DNA of 32,000 bases, taken from contig NC_014033.1 in assembly GCF_000025925.1 (NCBI RefSeq), positions 3,240,001 through 3,272,000 on the forward strand, given 5' to 3'. The notes beneath the pieces were generated by a model, which worked only from the letters and a program-made list of their open reading frames with translations, had not been told where the DNA came from and made no database searches. The position numbers were made by a program, and so were the translations under genes. Shown piece by piece: positions 8,951-17,206 of this stretch; position 1 is the stretch's first letter; the number at the start of each line of letters is the position of its first letter. This DNA is from Xylanibacter ruminicola 23 (GTDB taxonomy: Bacteria; Bacteroidota; Bacteroidia; Bacteroidales; Bacteroidaceae).

Positions 8951-10726
8951 ATGAAGAAGTATCTGTATATACTACTGTCTGCACTGGTTCCCATGGGTGC
9001 TTTGGCGTACACGCTGAAGCGAGTAAGCGTACACGACCCAAGCATCGTGTGGGAGCCAGCGTCCCAGACGTACTACATTTTCGGCTCGCACCGTGCGGCG
9101 GCAAAAACTACCGATCTGATGAACTGGACAGCGTTTACGGCTCCTTGGGCCACAGCATCCAGTCAGAATGCAGCCAACAGTGCAGCCTTTACAACCCCCG
9201 CAGTAACTACCGTTAAGAAAGGCGGTGCAACTGTGTCGTTGCCAAAATTCAGTGCTACAGCTTGGGCTAAGCGTGGTAGTACCAGTTATAATGTTGATGG
9301 CAATATGTGGGCGCCAGATGTTATCTGGAATAAAGCCATGAAAAAATGGTGTATGTACCTTAGTGTGAATGGCGATAACTGGTATTCGAGCATCATTCTG
9401 CTTACAGCCGATAATATCGAAGGTCCCTACCTTTATCAGGCTCCTGTGGTGATGAGTGGTTTCCATACCGGCACATCCTATAAGGATACCGATCTCGAAG
9501 TGGCCATCGGTACTCAGGCTTCGTTGCCAGGTCGCTATGCTGTGGGCAGCAACTGGGGCAAACGTTATCCCAACTGCATCGACCCTTGCGTGTTCTACGA
9601 CGAGGATGGTAAGCTATGGATATCGTACGGCTCCTGGAGTGGTGGTATATGGATGCTCGAACTTGATGAGAATACTGGTCTGCGTGACTACGATGTGGAA
9701 TATACCCTGACCGGTGCTGGCGATGGTGTAACTGTCGACCCTTATTTCGGCAAGAAAGTTGCTGGCGGTTTCTATGTGTCGGGCGAAGCCTCGTACATCG
9801 AGCATATCGGTAACTATTACTTCTTGTTTGTAACCTACGGCGGACTGGCTGCAGGTGGTGTGGCCAGCGACTATAACAATGGCGGTTACCAGATGCGTGT
9901 GTTCCGTTCTGAGAAACCCGATGGTCCTTATCTGGATACTGAGGGCAAGGATGCTATCTTCCAGAGTTTTATGGTCAATTTCGGTCCGCAGTCAAAAACC
10001 GATCGTGGTGTGAACATCTTTGGTGCTTATGGCGATTGGGGCAACATGGCTACAGGAAATCTCTCAGAGCGCTCGCAGGGTCACAACTCTATCCTTGCTG
10101 CCGAAGATGGCCGTACCTATCTGGTTTATCATACCCGTTTCCAGAATTCTGGCGAGAACCATCAGGTGCGTGTGCATCAAGTGTTCCAGAACCAGGATGG
10201 TTGGCTGGTAGCAGCTCCATTCGAGTATACTGGCGAGCAGGTAAAGAGTGCCGATATTGCTACCTCTCAGCAGATAGCAACAGCCCAAGTTCCTGGAGGT
10301 TACAAGCTGTTGATACATAAATATCGCCTGAATCACACTACCAAGGAACTGGTTACCCCCGTAGAAATCCAACTCAATGCCGATGGTAGCATAAGTGGCA
10401 GTCAGAGTGGTACTTGGAGTATTAACGAGGGCACCTCGTACATCACCATCACGTTGGGTTCAACCGTTTATAAAGGTGTGATGGTAGAACAGAACTTGGA
10501 GAATAAAACATTTAGCGACGATAAGACACCTGCATTCACGGCTTTGGCCGATGATGGTGTTACCATCTGGGGCTATAAGTATAGCGAAACCACTGGCATC
10601 AGCCAAACGCTATCTGACAATATACGCCAGAATGGGGCTATCTATGATATGCAAGGTCGCCGCGTAAACAATCCACAACGTAAAGGAATCTATATCCAGA
10701 ACGGTAAAAAATACATAGTAAAATAA
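8951..10726 (+). CDS. GH43 glycoside hydrolase, endo-alpha-1,5-L-arabinanase-like, with an extra beta-sandwich domain and a short C-terminal sorting-type tail
   Basis: It has a signal peptide (MKKYLYILLSALVPMGALA) and GH43 propeller motifs (VHDPSIV, NMWAPDV, CIDPCVFYDEDGKLW, GEASYIEH). The ORF-track start at 8948 is a TTG; the ATG is at 8951. Confidence 0.85.
   Translation: MKKYLYILLSALVPMGALAYTLKRVSVHDPSIVWEPASQTYYIFGSHRAAAKTTDLMNWTAFTAPWATASSQNAANSAAFTTPAVTTVKKGGATVSLPKFSATAWAKRGSTSYNVDGNMWAPDVIWNKAMKKWCMYLSVNGDNWYSSIILLTADNIEGPYLYQAPVVMSGFHTGTSYKDTDLEVAIGTQASLPGRYAVGSNWGKRYPNCIDPCVFYDEDGKLWISYGSWSGGIWMLELDENTGLRDYDVEYTLTGAGDGVTVDPYFGKKVAGGFYVSGEASYIEHIGNYYFLFVTYGGLAAGGVASDYNNGGYQMRVFRSEKPDGPYLDTEGKDAIFQSFMVNFGPQSKTDRGVNIFGAYGDWGNMATGNLSERSQGHNSILAAEDGRTYLVYHTRFQNSGENHQVRVHQVFQNQDGWLVAAPFEYTGEQVKSADIATSQQIATAQVPGGYKLLIHKYRLNHTTKELVTPVEIQLNADGSISGSQSGTWSINEGTSYITITLGSTVYKGVMVEQNLENKTFSDDKTPAFTALADDGVTIWGYKYSETTGISQTLSDNIRQNGAIYDMQGRRVNNPQRKGIYIQNGKKYIVK
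10589..10723 (+). other. C-terminal tail of about 45 aa resembling a shortened T9SS C-terminal sorting domain
   Basis: ...NGAIYDMQGRRVNNPQRKGIYIQNGKKYIVK aligns with the amylase tail ...HAVFDLQGRQVGTTKSSLKPGVYIINKQKFIVR. Confidence 0.5.
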
Positions 10727-10730
10727 GAAT

Positions 10731-11780
10731 ATGAGAAAAACAGTTGTCTCGTTGATGCTGTTAGTCCTGAGTGCAAACCTGGCGGTTTATGGACAGCAGC
10801 ACCCCAAGCAGCGTATGCCTTTTGTTACAGACACACCCATGGTGCACGACCCTGTGATGGCCTACGAGGATGGTACTTATTATATCTTTGCCACAGGTAT
10901 GGGCATCCAGAAAATGACTTCAACTGATCGTAAGAACTGGACGGTGCATACAGAGCCGGTGATGTCGGTTATCCCTAAGTGGACACACGATTCTGTGCCA
11001 GGTTTCCAGCAGCATGTCTGGGCACCCGATGTGATTCAGTGGCATGGCAAATGGTGGATGGCTTATAGCTGCTCTACCTTTGGTAAGAACGGCTCGACCA
11101 TCGGACTGCTCTCTACCCAGAAGCTGGCTTCTGGCTTGTGGAACGACGAGGGCTGTATCGTTACTTCGCGCGAAGGTCGTGACAACTGGAATGCCATTGA
11201 TCCTAACTTTGTGATCGACGACCAGGATCAGCCTTGGCTGGTATGGGGCAGTTTTTGGGACGGCATCCAACTGGCGCGTCTCGATTCCACCATGCATATC
11301 GCCAAGGGTGAAAAACCTCGTACCATCGCCCGCAGGTTTAACTTGGATAGTAAGGCCAGCAAGAATGCGCTGCCCATCAATCCTAATCCACCCAAGAATC
11401 CAACGTCCGACTATGCCGGACCAAATGCCATCGAAGCTCCATTTATCTTCAAACACGCAGGATACTATTATCTGTTTGTATCGTGGGATTATTGTTGTCA
11501 GGGTAGCAAGAGCAATTATCGTGTAGCGGTAGGTCGTAGCAAAACCATCGATGGTCCGTATCTCGACCGTCATGGCATTGATATGCGCTATGGTGGTGGC
11601 AACCTCTTTATCGAGGGCGATAAAAAGGCATTCGAGGCTGCTGGTCATTGCGCAGCTTACCATATCGATGGTCAGGATGTTTTTATCTGTCACGGCTATA
11701 GCATTGCTCACCAAGGAGCATCTATTCTCATCCAGCGTCCTATCAGTTGGACGCCTGACGGATGGCCGACTTTGAAATAA
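10731..11780 (+). CDS. GH43 endo-1,5-alpha-L-arabinanase (single-domain type)
   Basis: 349 aa with a signal peptide. Motifs are VHDPVMAYEDGTYYIF, HVWAPDVIQWHGKWWMAY, NAIDPNFVIDD, WGSFWDGI and AIEAPFIFKHAGYYYLFVSWD. Confidence 0.9.
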   Translation: MRKTVVSLMLLVLSANLAVYGQQHPKQRMPFVTDTPMVHDPVMAYEDGTYYIFATGMGIQKMTSTDRKNWTVHTEPVMSVIPKWTHDSVPGFQQHVWAPDVIQWHGKWWMAYSCSTFGKNGSTIGLLSTQKLASGLWNDEGCIVTSREGRDNWNAIDPNFVIDDQDQPWLVWGSFWDGIQLARLDSTMHIAKGEKPRTIARRFNLDSKASKNALPINPNPPKNPTSDYAGPNAIEAPFIFKHAGYYYLFVSWDYCCQGSKSNYRVAVGRSKTIDGPYLDRHGIDMRYGGGNLFIEGDKKAFEAAGHCAAYHIDGQDVFICHGYSIAHQGASILIQRPISWTPDGWPTLK

Positions 11781-11809
11781 TGAAAAGAAAAGTGATAAAG
11801 TGAAGAGTT

Positions 11810-13936
11810 ATGTTCACCATAGTTAGTTATAAGTTAGTTAGAAATAAAGAATTTTGCAGTAATGTTTGGTTAAAGGCGATAACAATGCTTTTCGCTTTTC
11901 ACTTTTCTTTTACTTCGGCTTTCGCCCAGTCGTGGACGGCCGATAACGGTAATGGCACATTTACCAACCCGCTTTTCTACGATGAGTTTTCCGATCCCGA
12001 CATTCTGCGTGTGGGCGACGACTACTATCTGGCTGGTACCACCATGCATACCGTGCCTGGTCTGGTGATTCTGCACTCCAAGGATTTGGTTAACTGGGAG
12101 AATATCTCGTATTGCTTTGATCGTTTCGATTTCGATGACGATGCTTTCTCTCTCAAAAACCACAAGGAGATTTACGGTCAGGGTGTATGGGCACCTGCCA
12201 TCCGTTATGCTAACGGCCAGTTTTATGTGTTTACCAACATCAACGGTAAAGGTCTGCAGTGTTATACCTCGAAGGATATCCGTGGCCCTTGGCAGCATCA
12301 TAACATGCAGGGCAACATCTACGATCTCTCCGTGCTTTTCGACGACGACGGTAAGATTTATGCCATCCATAAGTATGGCGAGGTGCACTGTACCGAATTG
12401 AAGCCTGATATGAGCGGTCCTGTTGAGGGTACTGATCGTGTAATTATCCCCGAGGGCAATGCCATCGGCGAGGGCCATCATGTGTATAAGATTAATGGTA
12501 TGTATTATATCATATCTACCGATTATATGCCTAATGGCCGTACCCTCTGTAGTCGTTCCAAAAGCATCTGGGGACCTTACGAAACTGTTACCATTACCGC
12601 CGACGAAACCTTTGGCTACCATGCCGCCCCGCTTACACAGGTGCCGCAAGGCGTAAAATATCGTATTGGCGAGGATGGAACCAAGTTCGGTATTCCTCAG
12701 GTTGATAAAGATGCCACAGCCTGCACCAACATCCACCAGGGTGGTATCGTTCAGGATCAGAGCGGCCAGTGGTGGGCACTATTGATGATGGACTTTCATA
12801 GCATCGGCCGCACCGTTTGTCTCTCACCCATCACCTGGAAGGATGGCTGGCCTATGATAGGCCTTGAAGGCAATCTTGGTCGTGCGCCTCGTACCTGGTT
12901 CAAACCCAATATTAGTGTCAACGCTCAAGCACATGCCCCATATCTGCGTAGCGAGGATTTTAATGCTGCAAAGCTTGGTCGCGTGTGGCAGTGGAACCAC
13001 AATCCTGATGATAGTAAGTGGAGCTTGAAAAAGGGCCGCTTGCGTCTTCAATCGATGCCTGCCGAACAACTGATGTGGGCACGAAACACACTCACTCAGC
13101 GTGTCATCGGTCCTACGTCTATCACCACTGTCGAGCTCTTTACCAAAGGTTTGAAAGATGGCGATGTGGCAGGTCTTGGCAATATCAACGTGCCCTGCTC
13201 GTGGATAGGCATTGTAAAAGATGGTAATACCCTTACACTCCGCTGCTTCGAACAGGCCACCAATGATACTATCAATCAAAAAGTGAATGCCGAAAAGCTG
13301 TGGCTCCGTATGGTGGGCGATTATGATAACAATCTGGCTCATTATGAGTATTCGCTCGATGGCAACACTTATCAGCAACTGGGTCGCGAAATGCCACTCA
13401 GCTATCAGCTTATCTCGTTCCAGGGCTCGCGCCATGCCCTTTTTGCCTTTAATCATAAAGGAAAACAGGGCGGATATGCCGAGTTCGACAATTTTAAGGT
13501 AGTAGAGCCACAGGCCGATCGTAGTGGTAATATCCCTTATGGCAAGAGCTTCCGCATCATTAATCTAGCTACCGGCAAGCCAGCCATCGCTCAGAAGCAT
13601 GGTTTGCTTTATGATACGGATAAGTCTGATCAGAGTCTACAAACGCGTTTCCATATCATCGATAAAGGTCAGGGCAGAGTGTTTCTTCAGTGCGAAGATG
13701 GGCGCTATGTATGGTGTTCAGGCTTTGGTATTCCAGGCGATGTGCGCCTGACTACCGATGAGTCGAAGGCCGAGATGTTCCTGTGGCAGGACTATCTCAA
13801 CCACGAGTTTATGCTCCTTTCCTTGCGTACCCACCGTTACATCGGTAAGAGTCCCACCACAGGCAGTCCTTATTCGATGGACTACGCTGGTGCCGACCCT
13901 GCCCGTCGCAATGGCGCCGTATTCCGTTGGGAGTAA
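11810..13936 (+). CDS. GH43 beta-xylosidase/alpha-L-arabinofuranosidase-type enzyme with C-terminal beta-sandwich domains
   Basis: Motifs are FTNPLFYDEFSDPDILRVGDDYYL, VPGLVILHSKDLVNWE, VWAPAIRY and GEGHHVYKINGMYY. A further C-terminal region of about 350 aa follows. An alternative in-frame ATG at 11885 is possible. Confidence 0.85.
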   Translation: MFTIVSYKLVRNKEFCSNVWLKAITMLFAFHFSFTSAFAQSWTADNGNGTFTNPLFYDEFSDPDILRVGDDYYLAGTTMHTVPGLVILHSKDLVNWENISYCFDRFDFDDDAFSLKNHKEIYGQGVWAPAIRYANGQFYVFTNINGKGLQCYTSKDIRGPWQHHNMQGNIYDLSVLFDDDGKIYAIHKYGEVHCTELKPDMSGPVEGTDRVIIPEGNAIGEGHHVYKINGMYYIISTDYMPNGRTLCSRSKSIWGPYETVTITADETFGYHAAPLTQVPQGVKYRIGEDGTKFGIPQVDKDATACTNIHQGGIVQDQSGQWWALLMMDFHSIGRTVCLSPITWKDGWPMIGLEGNLGRAPRTWFKPNISVNAQAHAPYLRSEDFNAAKLGRVWQWNHNPDDSKWSLKKGRLRLQSMPAEQLMWARNTLTQRVIGPTSITTVELFTKGLKDGDVAGLGNINVPCSWIGIVKDGNTLTLRCFEQATNDTINQKVNAEKLWLRMVGDYDNNLAHYEYSLDGNTYQQLGREMPLSYQLISFQGSRHALFAFNHKGKQGGYAEFDNFKVVEPQADRSGNIPYGKSFRIINLATGKPAIAQKHGLLYDTDKSDQSLQTRFHIIDKGQGRVFLQCEDGRYVWCSGFGIPGDVRLTTDESKAEMFLWQDYLNHEFMLLSLRTHRYIGKSPTTGSPYSMDYAGADPARRNGAVFRWE

Positions 13937-14809
13937 TTATTTTGCGATGAGGGCTTGCACCTGGGCGGGGGTGAGCTTGCCTGAGTTGATAAACTCCTGC
14001 ATGATGTCGTTGAGTTTGTTTTCAACCTCTTCGGTGATGGTGTAATCCCATGTTAACGCCTCTTCGATGCTAACACGTACACCGCCCTTGTTATGACTGT
14101 TGTCCAAGCAATAGAGCGTGATGTCGGGATGCTCTTTCAGCAGATAGGCAATGCGCCCCTTAAAGAGCGGATAACAATACACATAGTAATAGTGACTCAT
14201 GGCACGATTCGACCTGATTAAGCGGTTAATCATATTCGTGAATCCTGTTACCGGATCGTTGTGCACAAACACGATGCTGGCTTTAAACCCACGGTCTTGT
14301 ACCATTTTTAGGCGACTCTCGAATGATGGAATACTGATAAAAGCACCATCGTACACCAATCCTGCACTATGGGCTAGCGCTTTCAGTTTGGGATTGTTCC
14401 TCAAAGCAGTAGATTTGCCAGATGCTGTCGATCCCATCATAAAAAAGATGGTTTTGTTACCTTCGGCCTCAGCACGGTCAATCAGTCTGGCTAATACCAA
14501 ACTGTCTATCTGTCGGCTGGCCATGATATAATCGGTAACGTTCAGTCCGTTGTAGCCAATGCATTTTAATTCCTCGCGTACATTGTCGGGGTCGAGAATA
14601 TTGCCACTTTTTGCCAGATACGAGTCTGCCAGCGAGTCGAGATGTTCGCCCACCCATTTATATGCCGCATCGAGTTTAATAACCAACTGTGTCGAGTCGG
14701 TTTTCTCGTTGGTATTGCTACTTAAGTTTGCTGCCAATGCTGTAGTTTGCCAAAGCATCAGCAGTGCTATAAGTATTGTTTTATAAATAGCACGTTTAAA
14801 CATAATCAT
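13937..14809 (-). CDS. P-loop NTPase/kinase of the zeta-toxin / AAA_33 type with an N-terminal signal peptide
   Basis: Walker A motif GSTASGKST. Downstream motifs LVYDGAF and FKASIVFVHNDP...RLIRSNRAMS resemble zeta-toxin-family kinases. The N-terminus MIMFKRAIYKTILIALLMLWQTTALA-AN looks like an SPI signal. The TTG at 14827 falls inside the promoter box, so the ATG at 14809 (or 14803) is preferred. Confidence 0.55.
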   Translation of the reverse strand: MIMFKRAIYKTILIALLMLWQTTALAANLSSNTNEKTDSTQLVIKLDAAYKWVGEHLDSLADSYLAKSGNILDPDNVREELKCIGYNGLNVTDYIMASRQIDSLVLARLIDRAEAEGNKTIFFMMGSTASGKSTALRNNPKLKALAHSAGLVYDGAFISIPSFESRLKMVQDRGFKASIVFVHNDPVTGFTNMINRLIRSNRAMSHYYYVYCYPLFKGRIAYLLKEHPDITLYCLDNSHNKGGVRVSIEEALTWDYTITEEVENKLNDIMQEFINSGKLTPAQVQALIAK

Positions 14810-14824
14810 ATTACTTCTTGGCTG

Positions 14825-14832
14825 CAAATATA
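14825..14832 (-). promoter_or_regulatory. -7 promoter box (TATATTTG on the minus strand) for the zeta-like gene
   Basis: The plus strand reads CAAATATA, the reverse complement of a TAnnTTTG match. It lies 15 nt upstream of the ATG at 14809. Confidence 0.45.
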
Positions 14833-14906
14833 CAACATATTTTTAAAATAACAGGTTTTTACCATCATTTTTAGGGTAAAGTGTTTGCGTTTTGCAGAAA
14901 ATGTCC

Positions 14907-14914
14907 TATTTTTG
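14907..14914 (+). promoter_or_regulatory. -7 promoter box TATTTTTG for the GH53/BNR module
   Basis: Matches TAnnTTTG, 24 nt upstream of the ATG at 14939. Confidence 0.5.
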
Positions 14915-14938
14915 CAGCAGAAAAATAAACTAAATGTT

Positions 14939-15961
14939 ATGAAACTACTGCTTGTATCGATGTTTATGGCACTCGTTTCGCAGAGTGCTTTTGCGCAGAA
15001 TGACTTTGTAAAAGGAGCCGATGTGGGATTTCTCACAGGTCAGGAAAAACATGGTGTAAAATTTCACGATCGTGATGGAAAGGAACGAGAATGCTTGGAA
15101 CTGTTGAAGAAGGACTACCAGATGAAGGCCATCCGCATGCGAGTGTGGGTGAACCCACGTGGCGGCATGAACGATAAGCACGAGTTGCTGGCTATGGCCA
15201 AGCGTGCCAAAGCACTTGGTATGGACCTGATGGTTGACTTTCATTACAGCGACTCGTGGGCCGACCCTGCCAAGCAGCCTATCCCCGAGGCTTGGAAAAA
15301 TCATAGTTACAAGCAGATGAAGAAGGATGTGCGCCAACATACCATCGATGTACTATCGCTGCTCAAAGCTAATGGCATAGAGCCACGTTGGGTGCAGGTG
15401 GGTAACGAAACGGCCAACGGACTGCTCTGGCCCATGGGACATATCGAGCAGAATCCCAAGCAGTATGCAGGTTTTATCCGAGCTGGCTACGATGCTGTAA
15501 AGAAGGTATTTCCTCGTGCCATCGTTATCGTGCATCTGGATCGCGGACACTTGCAGAGCCTCTACGATTATAACCTTGACATCGTAAAGAAGTATGGTGG
15601 CAAGTTCGATATGATAGGCATGTCGCTCTATCCCTACTGGGCCATGCAGGATCATCCCGAATTGAATCCCGATGGCATTATTACCGACTGTATGGCCAAC
15701 ATCCGCCATTGTAGCGAAAAATACGGCTGCGATGTGATGATAGTTGAAACAGGTTTTGAGGTAGATGAGCAGCATCCTGAAAAGATGGACGAGGGTCGCC
15801 GCCAGCTAACCCGTGTGATTCGCGAGGCACGTAGCGAAACCAATGGCCGTTGCCGTGGTGTGTTCTACTGGGAACCCCAGTGCCTGCCTGGTGGCTATAA
15901 GCTCGGCGCCTTTAACAGTAACGCCGCGCCAACAACCATCATGGAGGCTTTTAATGAGTAA
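14939..15961 (+). CDS. GH53 arabinogalactan endo-beta-1,4-galactanase
   Basis: Signal peptide MKLLLVSMFMALVSQSAFA. Motifs are FVKGADVGF, IRMRVWVNP and DFHYSDSWADPAKQ, plus VQVGNE (acid/base) and MIVETGF (nucleophile). The ORF-track start at 14885 is a TTG upstream of the promoter box. Confidence 0.9.
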   Translation: MKLLLVSMFMALVSQSAFAQNDFVKGADVGFLTGQEKHGVKFHDRDGKERECLELLKKDYQMKAIRMRVWVNPRGGMNDKHELLAMAKRAKALGMDLMVDFHYSDSWADPAKQPIPEAWKNHSYKQMKKDVRQHTIDVLSLLKANGIEPRWVQVGNETANGLLWPMGHIEQNPKQYAGFIRAGYDAVKKVFPRAIVIVHLDRGHLQSLYDYNLDIVKKYGGKFDMIGMSLYPYWAMQDHPELNPDGIITDCMANIRHCSEKYGCDVMIVETGFEVDEQHPEKMDEGRRQLTRVIREARSETNGRCRGVFYWEPQCLPGGYKLGAFNSNAAPTTIMEAFNE

Positions 15962-17114
15962 ATTAGCTTCCTTATATATTATTGTATTTCTGCTGTTGTG
16001 TAGTGGTTCTGCTACAGCGCAGATACAAATGCCATCTATCCCCAATGGCGTAATCGATACCACTCAGTATGAAACTGTGGGGTTACACCCGGCTGCTAAC
16101 GTAAAAAATGTTACGGTGTTTAAGGCAACTGACGATTCCGACCACTATGCAAATGGCGTTGTGCTGGCTGCGTTTAAGGGAGCGTTGTACTGCATGTGGC
16201 AAAGCTCTCCTAAGGATGAGGATAGCGATGATACCCGTGTGGTTTACAGCATCAGTAACGATGATGGTAACACATGGAGCAAGCCTATAACGCTGGCTGC
16301 ACCAGATAAGGATTGTTATTGTACATCAGGCGGCTGGCTGGTTAATGGTGATACACTGTTAGCTTTTATTGATACTTGGCAGAAGGGACTTTCGCCACGA
16401 GGCGGAAAGACTTGTTATATAACCAGTACCGACGGACTTTCGTGGAGTTCCATGAAACCTGTAAGAATGGCCGATGGCAGCGAGATGGATGGTGTGTTAG
16501 AGCAAGATCCCTATCGCTTGCCTGATGGGCGTATAGTAGGGGCCACTCACTTTATGCCAGGATTACATGTATGTCCTGTTTATACCGATGATCCGAAAGG
16601 TATTAGCGGTTGGCGTAAAGGACTGTTTGAATACAAAGACTTGGGCAAAACATCGCGAGAGATTGAGCCCAGTCAGTACGTACAGCCCGATGGCACCATT
16701 GTGATGCTGTTCCGTGACCAAAGCAGTAGCTTCCGTAAATTAGTATCTATAAGTAAGGATAGGGGAGAAACATGGACAAGACCTGAATGCACAACTATTC
16801 CAGATGGGCGTACCAAACAATGTGCAGGTAATCTACCCGATGGCACCTCGTATATGGTTAGCTGTCCAGCCCCAGCCAAGCGCCGCTGGCCGCTCGTGCT
16901 GCATCTGAGCTGCGATGGTATTAAGTTTGATAAGGCCGTCTTATTGCGTAGTGGTTCAGCAAGCGATTTGCCGCCACGACGCTATGAAGGAAAATATAAA
17001 ACCTTGGGATATAGCTATCCCAAGGCCATTGTGTTTCATCAAAAACTATATATAGGCTATTCTACCAATAAGGAAGATGTGCAATGTACTATCGTTAACC
17101 CTTTAGGGCTTTAA
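15954..17114 (+). CDS. BNR-repeat, sialidase-fold beta-propeller protein. Putative glycoside hydrolase of unknown specificity.
   Basis: Asp-box (SxDxGxTW-type) repeats are present: SNDDGNTWS, STDGLSWS, SKDRGETWT. The signal peptide MSKLASLYIIVFLLLCSGSATA begins at the ATG at 15954, which overlaps the GH53 stop (ATGAGTAA). Confidence 0.7.
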   Translation: MSKLASLYIIVFLLLCSGSATAQIQMPSIPNGVIDTTQYETVGLHPAANVKNVTVFKATDDSDHYANGVVLAAFKGALYCMWQSSPKDEDSDDTRVVYSISNDDGNTWSKPITLAAPDKDCYCTSGGWLVNGDTLLAFIDTWQKGLSPRGGKTCYITSTDGLSWSSMKPVRMADGSEMDGVLEQDPYRLPDGRIVGATHFMPGLHVCPVYTDDPKGISGWRKGLFEYKDLGKTSREIEPSQYVQPDGTIVMLFRDQSSSFRKLVSISKDRGETWTRPECTTIPDGRTKQCAGNLPDGTSYMVSCPAPAKRRWPLVLHLSCDGIKFDKAVLLRSGSASDLPPRRYEGKYKTLGYSYPKAIVFHQKLYIGYSTNKEDVQCTIVNPLGL

Positions 17115-17178
17115 CGTGATGGTAACATTTTTTTGTTGTCTTTGTAGTCGATTTTTTGAATTAATAAAAATAATTGTT

Positions 17179-17186
17179 TAACTTTG
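17179..17186 (+). promoter_or_regulatory. -7 promoter box TAACTTTG for the esterase/GH43 module
   Basis: Matches TAnnTTTG, 20 nt upstream of the ATG at 17207. The ORF-track TTG start at 17174 lies upstream of the box. Confidence 0.5.
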
Positions 17187-17206
17187 CACCCAAACAAACT
17201 ACAGAA

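Noticed and set aside
11819-11841. The motif TAGTTAGTTA / AGTTAGTTAG occurs here and again at 30621-30631 (stop codons in multiple frames)
   Set aside because: These are short AT-rich strings at gene boundaries. There are only two occurrences, with no flanking similarity and no inverted-repeat or target-site-duplication structure that would suggest a mobile element. Probably coincidence.
14199-14786. Small plus-strand ORFs (14199-14531 and 14559-14786) as a possible antitoxin partner of the zeta-like gene
   Set aside because: They are fully antisense to the kinase-like gene rather than adjacent to it. They have no promoter box and their sequence is low-complexity and hydrophobic. They are not a credible epsilon/PezA-type antitoxin.
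14850-14900. Weak inverted repeat (TTTACC...GGTAAA) and a duplicated TTTTGCAG in the divergent promoter region
   Set aside because: The stem is 6 bp with a long loop in AT-rich DNA. The duplicated TTTTGCAG is better explained as two overlapping -7-like boxes. There is not enough evidence for a discrete regulatory element.
14885-14938. N-terminal extensions in the ORF track: 14885 (TTG), 15843, 17174 (TTG), 18433 (TTG), 8948 (TTG), 14827 (TTG) and 31539 (GTG)
   Set aside because: These starts are non-ATG, lie upstream of or inside the promoter box, or fall inside the preceding gene. In each case an internal ATG is immediately followed by a canonical signal peptide or a conserved N-terminus.
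17094-17140. Possible terminator after the BNR gene (GTTAACCC-ttta-GGGctTTAAC, then a T-run)
   Set aside because: The stem is short and bulged, overlaps the stop codon, and the T-run begins about 12 nt after the stem. It is too weak to call.
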